Origin: Candidatus Micrarchaeia archaeon
Lineage (GTDB): Archaea > Micrarchaeota > Micrarchaeia > CABMEP01
Direction of reading: 5' to 3'
Assembly: GCA_038886535.1 (NCBI GenBank)
Contig: JAVZXS010000001.1
Span: 160,001-224,000, forward strand
DNA: 64,000 nucleotides
Position numbers and translations under genes: made by a program. Under the pieces are notes generated by a model. It made no database searches and was not told the DNA's origin. It was given only the letters and a program-made list of their open reading frames with translations. This document shows, piece after piece, positions 10,414 through 20,275 of this stretch (position 1 is its first letter; the number at the start of each line of letters is the position of its first letter).

Positions 10414-10797
10414 ATGCAACAGTATCATGAAGCAAAACAAACTAAGAAAAAAACAGGTGGAAAGTTTGCAAGACACAGAGATAAGAAGCTTGCACATTAT
10501 GGTGGACACTTTGCATCAACAAAAGTCAGTGATACAGATGTAAGAGTAAAAGTGAGAAAAAGAGGAGGATCTAAGAAAATAGTAGCTCTTTATGCAGCAT
10601 ATGCAAATGTTGTAATGCCTGATGGTAAGATCAGAAAAGCAAAGATAAAATCAGTAATTGATTCTCCAAACAATCCAAACTACAAGAGAATGAATATAAT
10701 AACTAAGGGAGTTATAATAGAAACAGAAGTAGGAAAAGCAAAAGTAACAAGCAGACCAGGTCAAGATGGAGTTGTAAATGCCAAGATAGTTTCCTAA
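10414..10797 (+). CDS. rps8e: 30S ribosomal protein S8e
   Basis: KKTGGK, NPNYKRMNIITKGVIIETEVGKAKVTSRPGQDGVVNA; AGGTGA SD before ATG 10414. Confidence 0.97.
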   Translation: MQQYHEAKQTKKKTGGKFARHRDKKLAHYGGHFASTKVSDTDVRVKVRKRGGSKKIVALYAAYANVVMPDGKIRKAKIKSVIDSPNNPNYKRMNIITKGVIIETEVGKAKVTSRPGQDGVVNAKIVS

Positions 10798-10931
10798 CTC
10801 GTAAATCAACTTCAACAATTACATATTTTCTATTTTTAGTGTAATCCAAATCTTATTTTTCTTTTTTTTGAGCAAAGCTTTATGATACTTTATGTACTAT
10901 TATTACTTACTTTATTTAAACAGGTGGGAAA

Positions 10932-11249
10932 ATGCCAAAAGAAATAAGCGAACAAAATTTCGAAGAAGAAGTAATGAAATCAAAAGGAATAGTTATTGTT
11001 GATTTTTGGGCTCCATGGTGTGGTCCTTGTAGAATGTTAGGCCCTATACTTGAAGAAGTTGACAAAACAGGCAAGGTAAAAGTTCTGAAAGTGAATGTAG
11101 ATGAGAATCAATCATTGGCAGCCTTATTTGGAGTATCAAGTATTCCTACGATGATTCTTTTCAAAGACGGAAAGCCAGTAAGTGGAAGGATTGGAGTGAT
11201 GTCTTTTCCACAGATAATGGCTTGGGTTGAATCTGTTTCAAAAGAATAA
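10932..11249 (+). CDS. trxA: thioredoxin
   Basis: VDFWAPWCGPCR active site, SIPT cis-Pro loop. Confidence 0.96.
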   Translation: MPKEISEQNFEEEVMKSKGIVIVDFWAPWCGPCRMLGPILEEVDKTGKVKVLKVNVDENQSLAALFGVSSIPTMILFKDGKPVSGRIGVMSFPQIMAWVESVSKE

Positions 11250-11368
11250 CTTTTTCTAGAATTTATCAATAAATTATTCTTTTTTTTATTTTTTCAAAAT
11301 ATATTTCATCTTTTTATATAAATGCCTATGTAAATTAGATTTTTAAATCTACATATTAAAATCATAAC

Positions 11369-12664
11369 ATGGCTAAGAAAAAAGAAGGCTTAAAATTGAA
11401 TTTAAATTTGTTTAATTTTCCTAAAAAGAAGGAGAAGGAAGATAAGAGAATATTGAAGACTAAGCAAAAAGAAGATAAATCATCAAAAATTAAATCCCCT
11501 GTTTCAGAAAAGATCAAGAAAAACCAACAGAAGTCTAAAATCAAAAAGAAAGCAGAAAAAACAAAAGAAACTAAAAAACAATTAACCAACTCAAAACCAA
11601 AGACAATTAAAAAAGTTAAAAAAGAAAAAGAGATAAAGTCGCACAAGGAAGCAATTGAGAAAATATTAGAAGGAATAAAAGAGATAGAATATGCACCGCA
11701 GAAGAGAAAAATTGCGGAGAAGGAACCACATATCGAACACATAATCACGCCAAAGTCAGAAGTTAAAGAAGATATCGGAATGAAATCAATTTTACCTAAA
11801 TCATTTATCCCTTCTCAAAAAGATGAAAAAAAGGTTATGGAGTTAGAAAAAGAAATCAAGAAAGCCAGTTATTCAGTTCCAGAAACAGAGATTCAAACAA
11901 TAAAAACATTAGCGACAATAAAGAAGCCAAGAGTTGAAGCAGAAAAACCAAAATTAATAAAAACAGGAATTCCTGGATTCGATGAAATGTGCGGAGGAGG
12001 AATAGAAGAGAAATCAGTTATTCTGATCAATGGTGATGCAGGAAGTGGAAAGACTATTTTCGGCTTACAATTTCTGTACGAAGGAGCAAAAAATGGAGAT
12101 GCAGGCCTTTTCATAAGTTTTGGAGAATCAAGAGAAACTATATATTCAAGAATGCTAAATTTCGGAATGGATTTCCAAAAACTAGAAGACAAGAATCTTT
12201 TCTTCTTCTTAGAATATCAGCCGCATGAAGTTGCAAAGATAATGCAGGAGGAAGGAGGAACTCTATATGACATAATAACAAGCTACAATATAAAGAGGGT
12301 GGTTGTTGACACAATTACTCCTTATCTTATGCAATTCAATGATCCTTACAAAGCAAGATTGGCATTAGTGAGGCTTTTCAATGTTTTCAAAAAATTCAAC
12401 GTCACTACCTTACTACTCAATGAATGGTCTTCAGATCTCCCATCAAATCCTTCTACTGCAGTTGCAGAGTTTCTTGCAGATGGAATAGTTTATATGATCC
12501 ATAAGAGATCACCAGAAGGAGTTCAGCTTAGGGGAATAGAGATATGGAAAATGACGGGTGTTAGTCATACAGAGGTTGCAAGACCGTTTGCATTTACAAA
12601 TAGAGGAATAGTTATATATCCAAATGAGAGATTATTTTTTGGCTCTTTGGAAAGAAAACTTTAA
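11369..12664 (+). CDS. KaiC/RAD55-like P-loop protein with long Lys-rich N-terminal region
   Basis: KTGIPGFDEMCGGGI, Walker A GDAGSGKT, Walker B RVVVDTIT, EFLADGIV; about 190 low-complexity K/E residues before the domain. Confidence 0.88.
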   Translation: MAKKKEGLKLNLNLFNFPKKKEKEDKRILKTKQKEDKSSKIKSPVSEKIKKNQQKSKIKKKAEKTKETKKQLTNSKPKTIKKVKKEKEIKSHKEAIEKILEGIKEIEYAPQKRKIAEKEPHIEHIITPKSEVKEDIGMKSILPKSFIPSQKDEKKVMELEKEIKKASYSVPETEIQTIKTLATIKKPRVEAEKPKLIKTGIPGFDEMCGGGIEEKSVILINGDAGSGKTIFGLQFLYEGAKNGDAGLFISFGESRETIYSRMLNFGMDFQKLEDKNLFFFLEYQPHEVAKIMQEEGGTLYDIITSYNIKRVVVDTITPYLMQFNDPYKARLALVRLFNVFKKFNVTTLLLNEWSSDLPSNPSTAVAEFLADGIVYMIHKRSPEGVQLRGIEIWKMTGVSHTEVARPFAFTNRGIVIYPNERLFFGSLERKL

Positions 12665-12721
12665 TCATTTATAAGAGAAAGAAAAATTAATTAAATTTAA
12701 AGATAATATCTGAGTGATATT

Positions 12722-13765
12722 ATGAAAATAAATAAAAAGAAAGGTCAAAGTGGACTTGAATACATAATATTATTTTCATTTACAATTGTATTCTTTGCAA
12801 TCGTAGTTTATATTGCTAATGAGCAATTATCAATTGTAAATAAACAACAGAGACTTGAGCAAGCAAAGCTTGCATTAAAGGAAATTGCAGATGCGGCAAC
12901 ACAGGCATATCAGCAGGGAGCAGGAGCTAAGGTTATTAAAACAGTAGTATTTCCAAATGGTATTTCAGGAGATGGAGAGATAGTAAACAATACCTTGCAC
13001 ATAGTTTTCGAAGGAACAGATTTATCATATCCATTAAACTTTCCAATCACTGGAAAGATTTCTGCAACTCCAGGACCACAAGAAATTATATTTACTTCTT
13101 ACGGTGGTTCGGTTTCAGTTGGAACAGCCCAATTTTCATTATCAAAATATTTTGTTTCCTTACAACTTTGCGGTTCCTCTTCTCCGCAATATTTAAATGA
13201 CACAATCCAAATAATTAACAATAATCAAGAAGCAATTCAGGTAGATGCACAAGTTAACTTCAATTCATATTATGTCAATGTCACTCTTTCCTCTTATTCA
13301 TTTAATATCCCAGTTACTGAAAGTAGAGAAGCAAACATTACATTCGAAATCTCTGCAAATACAATAGGCATGTTTACAGGAAATATCTTATTCAATTCTT
13401 CCAATTATAGCGTTATAGTCCCAATAATCTTAGATATCCAGTCATGCGGAGGACCTACTTCAAATGTATCATATATTCTTCTTGAAACCTACAAAGATCC
13501 AGGATATTCAATTCATTATACAAACTTTTCAATGCCACCTTTAGTTAATATAACAACAACAGGATGGACGCCTTATTCTTATATAACTTTAGATCTAAGG
13601 AATTCTTCTGGAAGCATGCCAGGTTATCCAAAGCTTGTCCAAACAGATTCAGATGGAAATTATTCCGAGATATGGAATGCAACTGGCATGCCAGGTTCAT
13701 ATACTGTTTATGCTAACTATTCGATATATAATGTAAATTATTCATTTGTGGTGAATCCATGTTGA
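12722..13765 (+). CDS. class III signal peptide (pilin-like) protein with C-terminal Ig-like extension
   Basis: KKKG|QSGLEYIILFSF with Glu at +5 and hydrophobic helix; many N-x-S/T sequons. Confidence 0.85.
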   Translation: MKINKKKGQSGLEYIILFSFTIVFFAIVVYIANEQLSIVNKQQRLEQAKLALKEIADAATQAYQQGAGAKVIKTVVFPNGISGDGEIVNNTLHIVFEGTDLSYPLNFPITGKISATPGPQEIIFTSYGGSVSVGTAQFSLSKYFVSLQLCGSSSPQYLNDTIQIINNNQEAIQVDAQVNFNSYYVNVTLSSYSFNIPVTESREANITFEISANTIGMFTGNILFNSSNYSVIVPIILDIQSCGGPTSNVSYILLETYKDPGYSIHYTNFSMPPLVNITTTGWTPYSYITLDLRNSSGSMPGYPKLVQTDSDGNYSEIWNATGMPGSYTVYANYSIYNVNYSFVVNPC

Positions 13766-16026
13766 GAAATATTAAAATTATAAGTTTATTTTTAATAATA
13801 TTGTGTATTTCAAATTTAATTTTTGCAAATAATGGTACTGTAGTTTATCGTTCTAATACAGGAACTTATACCACAAGTAGTCCAAAAATTAGAAATTGGT
13901 CTTCTTCAGGAATTGGAAGTTACAGTGCAGAATTTGAACTACCAACAGCAGGATCTCCTATAAGGTATGCCTTAATAAAATACTCACCGGTTTCTCCTAA
14001 GAGAGTAATTATCACACAAAGTGATGATGGTTATTTAGACGCATATACATCATTTGATGGAGAGGAATGGAACATTACTAATGATTTCGGTCGAGTATGG
14101 ACAACGGCACCAACTACTTCATCAAGAAGATTTGATTTTCAATATGAAACTTCAACTGGAGATCTCATAGTTGTTTATTCAATTGTAAGTACAAGCACTA
14201 CTTGTGATTTAGCTTATCGTGTGATGCTTGCAAACGAAACAGTATTTGGTCCAGAAATATGTATTGATGATACAACACAAACCAATGATATTCAATATAC
14301 TTGGATTGAAGCTGCTAGAAAACCAACAAATAGTGAGGAGATAATATTCGTTGGATTTGATTCTACGAGTACTGATGTGGTTGCATATGTATGGAATGGA
14401 AATTCATTTGGAAATATACAAGAAATTACAGCTAACGCTCCTTCTACAGGAGGTTATAAAGCAATAGCAGTAGCTTATACTTATAGTGGAAATCAAGGAA
14501 TGGTTGCTGCAGGAGATGGAACAGCAGGGAATATAGCTACTTATTACTGGAGTGGAACTGCATGGATAAATAGTCCGGATTTTGATATTGATGCAGGAGA
14601 TGCGGCAGATGCATACTGGTTAGATTTAATTCCAAATCCAGTCTCAAATACTATGCAGGCAGTATTTATAGATAGTGCTTCTGATCTTGGTACAGCGTAT
14701 TGGAACGGTGCATCGTGGTCAGTAACATCTAATATCGATACTGCAGTTGATGCAGTAGGTTCTTTTCTTGCAGATTTTGCATGGCTCCCAGATGGAACTT
14801 CTGGTAGATTAGTTTGGGATACAGATGGAGGCGGCTCGACTTTATCAGTAAGATCCTGTTCTCCACAATGTACAAGTGCAACTACAACAATTTCAACCTA
14901 TGGTGGCTTAGGTGGATGGCTAAATCTTTATACGAATCCAACCGCCTCAGATACAGTTGATTTAATAGGAATAAGATCAAATAACGCTCAGAATTTAGGT
15001 TCATTCTATTTCGATAGTACAAATTTCGTAAATTATGGTGATACTGTTCTTGCATCTACAACTGGAACTACCGGTTCATTTTCATTTGATTTTCAAAGAG
15101 CTTTTGATACAATACCTCCATCTTACTCGAACCAAAATCAAAGCAGTGATGCTATTATAGTCGGCAACACTAATTATCTTAGTGTAGTCTGGACAGATAA
15201 TGTTCAATTAAAAACTGCAATACTCGAAACAAACGAAACAGGTGCTTGGCAGAATAAGACAGTTTATGGTTCTCCAGTTTATATGCGTGGAACCTATTAT
15301 GTTGTCAATTTCACTTGGAATAATGCATCTATTCCAGCTGGCACTGTCATAGGATGGAGGGTGTGGGCAAGTGATAAATCAAACAATTGGAACGTTACCC
15401 CAATTATGAATTTTACAGTAATTGCTCCAATATACAACTTTACAGTTACTCCAGCAACAGACAGCTTTTCAGTATATAACAATACATATATAGATAGAAA
15501 TTACACACTCAATAACACAGGAAACATGAATCTATCTATTACATGTACAGCAAATGAATCTTGGGTATATAATATTACAGCATGTCCTTTGACATTAACA
15601 CCTGGTTCAGTAATAAATGTAACATTTAGATATAACGCAACTAGTTTGATTCCTGGAAACTATCTAGTGAATATTACATTTATAGATCCTAATGTAACAA
15701 ATTATGTCCTAGGAAACGTTTCTGTATTAGCAGCTCCTATTCCATCGATATATACAGATAAATCTTCGTATGGAACATGCAATAATATTTATTTCAAAGT
15801 TTCAGTTTATGATGTTAATGACCAATTGATTGATGCACCATTAAACAATTCTCTTTTAGATGCAGTAAATACAACAGTGCTTAGTGAGTCTGTAATAACT
15901 GGGAATGGCGGCACTGGAATTTATTTAGGTATTTTTGAAATACCACCAGGTTATACTTCAGGAAATTGGCTGATTAAAACCTTATCTGGCTCAATAAAGA
16001 ATCAGAAGACAATTCAAGTTTCATAA
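13759..16026 (+). CDS. large secreted beta-rich protein, putative pilus-associated adhesin
   Basis: N-terminal signal peptide; repeated [YV]W[NS]G..[WF] motifs; DTIPP Ig-like domain; no C-terminal anchor; overlaps the upstream pilin-like gene. Confidence 0.75.
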   Translation: MLRNIKIISLFLIILCISNLIFANNGTVVYRSNTGTYTTSSPKIRNWSSSGIGSYSAEFELPTAGSPIRYALIKYSPVSPKRVIITQSDDGYLDAYTSFDGEEWNITNDFGRVWTTAPTTSSRRFDFQYETSTGDLIVVYSIVSTSTTCDLAYRVMLANETVFGPEICIDDTTQTNDIQYTWIEAARKPTNSEEIIFVGFDSTSTDVVAYVWNGNSFGNIQEITANAPSTGGYKAIAVAYTYSGNQGMVAAGDGTAGNIATYYWSGTAWINSPDFDIDAGDAADAYWLDLIPNPVSNTMQAVFIDSASDLGTAYWNGASWSVTSNIDTAVDAVGSFLADFAWLPDGTSGRLVWDTDGGGSTLSVRSCSPQCTSATTTISTYGGLGGWLNLYTNPTASDTVDLIGIRSNNAQNLGSFYFDSTNFVNYGDTVLASTTGTTGSFSFDFQRAFDTIPPSYSNQNQSSDAIIVGNTNYLSVVWTDNVQLKTAILETNETGAWQNKTVYGSPVYMRGTYYVVNFTWNNASIPAGTVIGWRVWASDKSNNWNVTPIMNFTVIAPIYNFTVTPATDSFSVYNNTYIDRNYTLNNTGNMNLSITCTANESWVYNITACPLTLTPGSVINVTFRYNATSLIPGNYLVNITFIDPNVTNYVLGNVSVLAAPIPSIYTDKSSYGTCNNIYFKVSVYDVNDQLIDAPLNNSLLDAVNTTVLSESVITGNGGTGIYLGIFEIPPGYTSGNWLIKTLSGSIKNQKTIQVS

Positions 16027-16045
16027 ATTTTTTAGAGGAAATCAT

Positions 16046-16420
16046 ATGAAGGCACAAGTTTCAGTTGAATTTTTCCTTTTATTCATTATCATAATATCTA
16101 TCTTTTCCATCTTTATGTTAATTTCAATTGAAATGCAAAGACAAGTAGATTACCTTTCAAAATACGATGAAACTTTATCTGTTGCATCTAGAATAGGAAA
16201 TGCAGTCAATAGCGTAATATCAAATCAGATAGAAGCAAAAGTTGATATCCCATATGGTTATCGAATCGAGGCAATAAATGGAGCGATAATAGCTACTAAT
16301 TTATTAACAAATGTTTCTGCATCATGGCCGATTTCACATATCCAGATAAATTCAACAGTTCAAGATAATTCAACTCTTATAAATATCGAATTTATAAATT
16401 CAACAATATATTTAAGTTGA
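16046..16420 (+). CDS. pilin-like protein (class III signal peptide)
   Basis: MKA|QVSVEFFLLFIII, Glu at +5. Confidence 0.85.
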   Translation: MKAQVSVEFFLLFIIIISIFSIFMLISIEMQRQVDYLSKYDETLSVASRIGNAVNSVISNQIEAKVDIPYGYRIEAINGAIIATNLLTNVSASWPISHIQINSTVQDNSTLINIEFINSTIYLS

Positions 16421-16455
16421 ACAAATATTGTAACTTAAAGAAATTTAGTGATAAA

Positions 16456-16938
16456 ATGGAAAGAAACAGATTCAAAAAAGGGCAGAGTTACAGCATAGAA
16501 ATAATATTTTTTGTAATTATCTCGCTTATTATAATTTATACTTTATTTTCAATTTATACAACTTTAATCAAATTAAATTTAGATGAGAATAAATATTACA
16601 TCATGACGTGGAGCAGTTCAGATGTCTTAATCAAAACAAGAGGTTTTTCTCCAGATTGGGAGGAAAACGGTAACCTTACAGTTTTAGGAATTTCAAATGG
16701 AATGAATGTAATAGACCCTATTAAGCTTGAATCACTAAATTCTTTGTCTAACGAAAACCTTTCTACGTTAATGCATCTTGATATTTATAACGTTTCAATA
16801 GAAATACTGATAAACGGCAATATTTATTTCCAAAAAGGAAATGTGTCTACAAACAAAACTATAAACCAAATTGAGAGAGTTTGTGTATTTACAAATGGAA
16901 CACCATGCATGTTAAGGGTAAGATATTCATTGGGATGA
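16456..16938 (+). CDS. pilin-like protein (class III signal peptide)
   Basis: KKG|QSYSIEIIFFVII; SDVLIKTRGFSPDWE segment; ATG 16456 follows a GTGAT SD. Confidence 0.8.
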   Translation: MERNRFKKGQSYSIEIIFFVIISLIIIYTLFSIYTTLIKLNLDENKYYIMTWSSSDVLIKTRGFSPDWEENGNLTVLGISNGMNVIDPIKLESLNSLSNENLSTLMHLDIYNVSIEILINGNIYFQKGNVSTNKTINQIERVCVFTNGTPCMLRVRYSLG

Positions 16939-16942
16939 TGAG

Positions 16943-17338
16943 ATGCATGATTCAGATAAACAAAATATAACGAAAGGATTTATTGCAATGCTAGATGCAA
17001 TGTTTGGTTTAATAGCATTGTTATTATTTTCAACAATAATATTTTCATATCTTCAGAAGGGACCTTCTTTCTATGACGCATTCATATACAAGCAAGGATA
17101 TGACATTCTTACAGTTTTGGAGTATACAAACTTTTCTAATCCATCATATGTTTTCCAGCAGACAAGTGGTTCTTTGTGTATGAGATTAGAGATGTACAAT
17201 GGAGTGGGAGGAACGCTTATTTCAACTTACTATAAAACAGGCTGTGATCCTTCAAATGTAAATGAAAAGATAGCATGGAGAACATTTATAGACGGAAATC
17301 AATTCAAAACAGCAAAATTGGCAATATGGAGAAAATAA
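16943..17338 (+). CDS. pilin-like protein
   Basis: KG|FIAMLDAMFGLIALLL. Confidence 0.78.
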   Translation: MHDSDKQNITKGFIAMLDAMFGLIALLLFSTIIFSYLQKGPSFYDAFIYKQGYDILTVLEYTNFSNPSYVFQQTSGSLCMRLEMYNGVGGTLISTYYKTGCDPSNVNEKIAWRTFIDGNQFKTAKLAIWRK

Positions 17339-17345
17339 TTAGAAA

Positions 17346-18203
17346 GTGATAATTATGCATTCAAAGAAAAAATACAAAAGAGGATATGTAATATCACTTG
17401 CAGTAGTAACTATACTTCTTATTCTATCTATTCTTGCAATTCAAATACTAAACTATAGGTATTCACAATATTCAATATTAAGGAATCAGATATTTTTAGA
17501 TAAAACAGGATTCGTAGTTGATGACGTTCTTATGGATGTGAAAAAAATCCTTTCTGTTAATCAAGCTTCAAATTCATCTATAGTTACAATATTTGAAAAC
17601 TATAGCTATGTGAAGTCATCGTTTCTTTCAAATGAGCAATCAAGATTAAATGAATTTTCAAATCTTACTGGAATGAACATATCCTTCATTCCACCCTCTC
17701 CTTCAAGTGTTCTAAATATATCATTTGATAATGGAATGGTTTATATTACAAATGAAACAGATGCCAACAATAAAGAGATCAAAATATATAATTTTAGCGG
17801 CACCAATCTGAACGTATCTTCATATAAAATTAATATAATCTCAAACACGACAAGAGGTTCTTATACCGAACCAACAAACGCACCCTCAGGAATCTCCATT
17901 ACAATAAATTATACAGACCCAATCTCTGCAAAATCATTTACATCTACAAGAATTTTAGATCCATCCACTCTAAATACTTGGAGAATAAATATGCCAACCC
18001 CATCTCAGAATATCACAATAAGTTTTGGCCTTATTGATGGGAAGGCAAACTCGCTTTCAGTTAGACAATATAGCGTAAATGCGATATCATCAATAAAAAC
18101 AGAGGTAAATATTACAAAACAAGATGTAGGAGGCAATTACAATATATTTCTAAATGTGACTACAATGAATTCATTTTATTCAGATTATCTTAGAATAAGA
18201 TAA
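17346..18203 (+). CDS. pilin-like protein
   Basis: KRG|YVISLAVVTILLIL followed by a beta-rich, sequon-rich domain. Confidence 0.72.
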   Translation: MIIMHSKKKYKRGYVISLAVVTILLILSILAIQILNYRYSQYSILRNQIFLDKTGFVVDDVLMDVKKILSVNQASNSSIVTIFENYSYVKSSFLSNEQSRLNEFSNLTGMNISFIPPSPSSVLNISFDNGMVYITNETDANNKEIKIYNFSGTNLNVSSYKINIISNTTRGSYTEPTNAPSGISITINYTDPISAKSFTSTRILDPSTLNTWRINMPTPSQNITISFGLIDGKANSLSVRQYSVNAISSIKTEVNITKQDVGGNYNIFLNVTTMNSFYSDYLRIR

Positions 18204-18249
18204 ATCTTTCATCTTTACATTACTCACTCCATCTTCTAATATAATAAGC

Positions 18250-18257
18250 TTTATAAA
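18250..18257 (+). promoter_or_regulatory. probable TATA box of tuf-rps10
   Basis: TTTATAAA in the intergenic region about 120 bp upstream of tuf. Confidence 0.5.
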
Positions 18258-18378
18258 GTTTAATACAATAATATATACAGCTCTTTTTCTAGAGCAGCTT
18301 TTACTATAACCTTTATTATCTATATGTGGTTATGGTTTAAGGTTTTGTAAATAAAATGTTTATTAGGAGGGATATGTT

Positions 18379-19650
18379 ATGGCAGCAAAAGAACACATGA
18401 ATTTGATCTTTATAGGACACGTTGACCATGGTAAGTCAACAACAGTAGGTAGAGTCCTATACGATACAGGAGCTCTCTCTGAGCAGGAACTAAAGAAGCT
18501 CAAAGAGGAAGCAGCAAAGCTAGGAAAGGCAACATTCGAATTTGCATTTGCAATGGATAGATTGAAGGAAGAAAGAGAGAGAGGAGTTACAATAGACATT
18601 GCACACAAGGAATTCGAAACACCAAAGTATCATTTTACAATCATCGATGCACCAGGACACAAAGACTTCGTTAAAAACATGATTACAGGAGCATCACAGG
18701 CTGATGCAGCTGTTCTTGTTTGTTCTGCAAAGGATGGAATCCAACAACAGACAAGAGAACACGCATTCTTGGCAAAGGTACTTGGTATCAACCAACTTAT
18801 AGTTGCAATCAACAAGATGGATGCAGTTGGCTATGATAGAGTCAAATTCGAAGATCTTAAGAAACAGCTTCAAACATTCTTACAGACTATTGGATTCAAG
18901 CCAGAAGCAATGCAATTTATCCCAATCTCTGCTTATGAAGGAGAGAATGTAGGTAAAAAAACAACAAAGATGGAATGGTATCAGGGAGATAATCTTGTAG
19001 CTGCATTTGACAAGCTTGTTCCACCAAAGAGATTAATTGATAAGCCACTCAGACTTCCAGTTCAGGAAGTATTCACAATCACTGGTTTCGGTACAGTTCC
19101 AGTAGGAAGAGTGGAAACAGGAGTTCTCAAGCCAGGAGACAAGGTCATCTTCATGCCATCAAACAAAGTGGCAGAAGTAAAATCAATTGAAATGCACCAC
19201 CAGCAATTACAACAGGCAGTGCCAGGAGACAATATAGGTTTCAACGTAAAGGGTGTTGACAAGACAGAAATCAGCAGAGGAGATGTTGTAGGACCTGTTT
19301 CAAACCCACCAACAGTGGTTGATACATTCACTGCACAGATTGTGGTATTAAACCACCCAACTGCAATAGCTGTCAACTATACTCCAGTCTTCCATGCTCA
19401 CACTGCGCAATTCGCAGGTACATTCGTTGAGCTTATAGAAAAGAAGGATCCAAAGACAGGCCAGACATTACAAAAGAACCCAGACTTCATAAAGACTGGT
19501 GATGTTGCAGTCGTTAAGATTAAACCATTAAAGAATGTATGTCTTGAGAAATACAGTGAATTCCCACCACTTGGAAGATTCGCAATAAGAGATATGGGTC
19601 AAACAGTTGCAGCAGGAGTAGTTCTTGATATAGTTCCAAAGAAACTATAA
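18379..19650 (+). CDS. tuf: elongation factor 1-alpha
   Basis: [43 protein letters not shown]; strong AGGAGG SD. Confidence 0.99.
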   Translation: MAAKEHMNLIFIGHVDHGKSTTVGRVLYDTGALSEQELKKLKEEAAKLGKATFEFAFAMDRLKEERERGVTIDIAHKEFETPKYHFTIIDAPGHKDFVKNMITGASQADAAVLVCSAKDGIQQQTREHAFLAKVLGINQLIVAINKMDAVGYDRVKFEDLKKQLQTFLQTIGFKPEAMQFIPISAYEGENVGKKTTKMEWYQGDNLVAAFDKLVPPKRLIDKPLRLPVQEVFTITGFGTVPVGRVETGVLKPGDKVIFMPSNKVAEVKSIEMHHQQLQQAVPGDNIGFNVKGVDKTEISRGDVVGPVSNPPTVVDTFTAQIVVLNHPTAIAVNYTPVFHAHTAQFAGTFVELIEKKDPKTGQTLQKNPDFIKTGDVAVVKIKPLKNVCLEKYSEFPPLGRFAIRDMGQTVAAGVVLDIVPKKL

Positions 19651-19683
19651 TTTTAGTTTCTTTATTTTAAAAATGTGATTGGA

Positions 19684-19989
19684 ATGGGAAAGGCAAGAAT
19701 AAAGCTTATTGGAAGGGACCCAAAAGAACTAGATGAAGTCTCTAAGCAAATAGTTGAGATAGCAAAGAGTGCGGGCGTTCCTACCAGCGGCCCAATCCCA
19801 CTCCCAACCAAGAAGCTTTTCGTAGCAACAAGAAAGACTCCTTGTGGTGATGGTTCAGACACCTATGAAAGATGGCAGATGAGGCTCTACAAGAGACTCA
19901 TTGAGATAGGGGGAGATGAAAGAACTCTCCGCCAGATCATGAGAGTAAAGGTGCCTGACACTGTAAAGATAGAGATAACAATTAGCTAA
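19684..19989 (+). CDS. rpsJ: 30S ribosomal protein S10 (uS10)
   Basis: GPIPLPTKK, RKTPCGDGSDTYERWQMRLYKRLI; follows tuf. Confidence 0.97.
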   Translation: MGKARIKLIGRDPKELDEVSKQIVEIAKSAGVPTSGPIPLPTKKLFVATRKTPCGDGSDTYERWQMRLYKRLIEIGGDERTLRQIMRVKVPDTVKIEITIS

Positions 19990-20018
19990 GTTACTTAGCT
20001 AATTTCGTTTCTTTTTTT
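19980..20018 (+). terminator. hairpin plus T-tract overlapping the rpsJ stop codon
   Basis: AATTAGCTAAG-TTA-CTTAGCTAATT perfect 11-bp stem followed by TCGTTTCTTTTTTT. Confidence 0.6.
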
Positions 20019-20144
20019 ATTTATTTTTATTTTATTCATGTTATTTATTCGTTTTTTATATTAGCTATCTTATTGGATTGTTATTCGGCTATGCAAAATT
20101 AGGTTTAAATTCTTTTAGTGATAAATATATCTATCAATTCTAAT

Positions 20145-20230
20145 GCCGGGGTGGCTGAACGGTAAGGCGCTAGCCTTGAGAGCTAGTCCCGCTCTGCGGG
20201 TTGCGAGTTCGAATCTCGTCCCCGGCGCCA
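20145..20230 (+). tRNA. tRNA-Ser(TGA)
   Basis: Cloverleaf; CTAGC-CTTGAGA-GCTAG anticodon arm; long variable arm; TTCGAAT loop; encoded CCA. Confidence 0.96.
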
Positions 20231-20275
20231 TTTATTTTTATTTAGTTATTCTTTAACCTTGTTAACTTATTTTAT

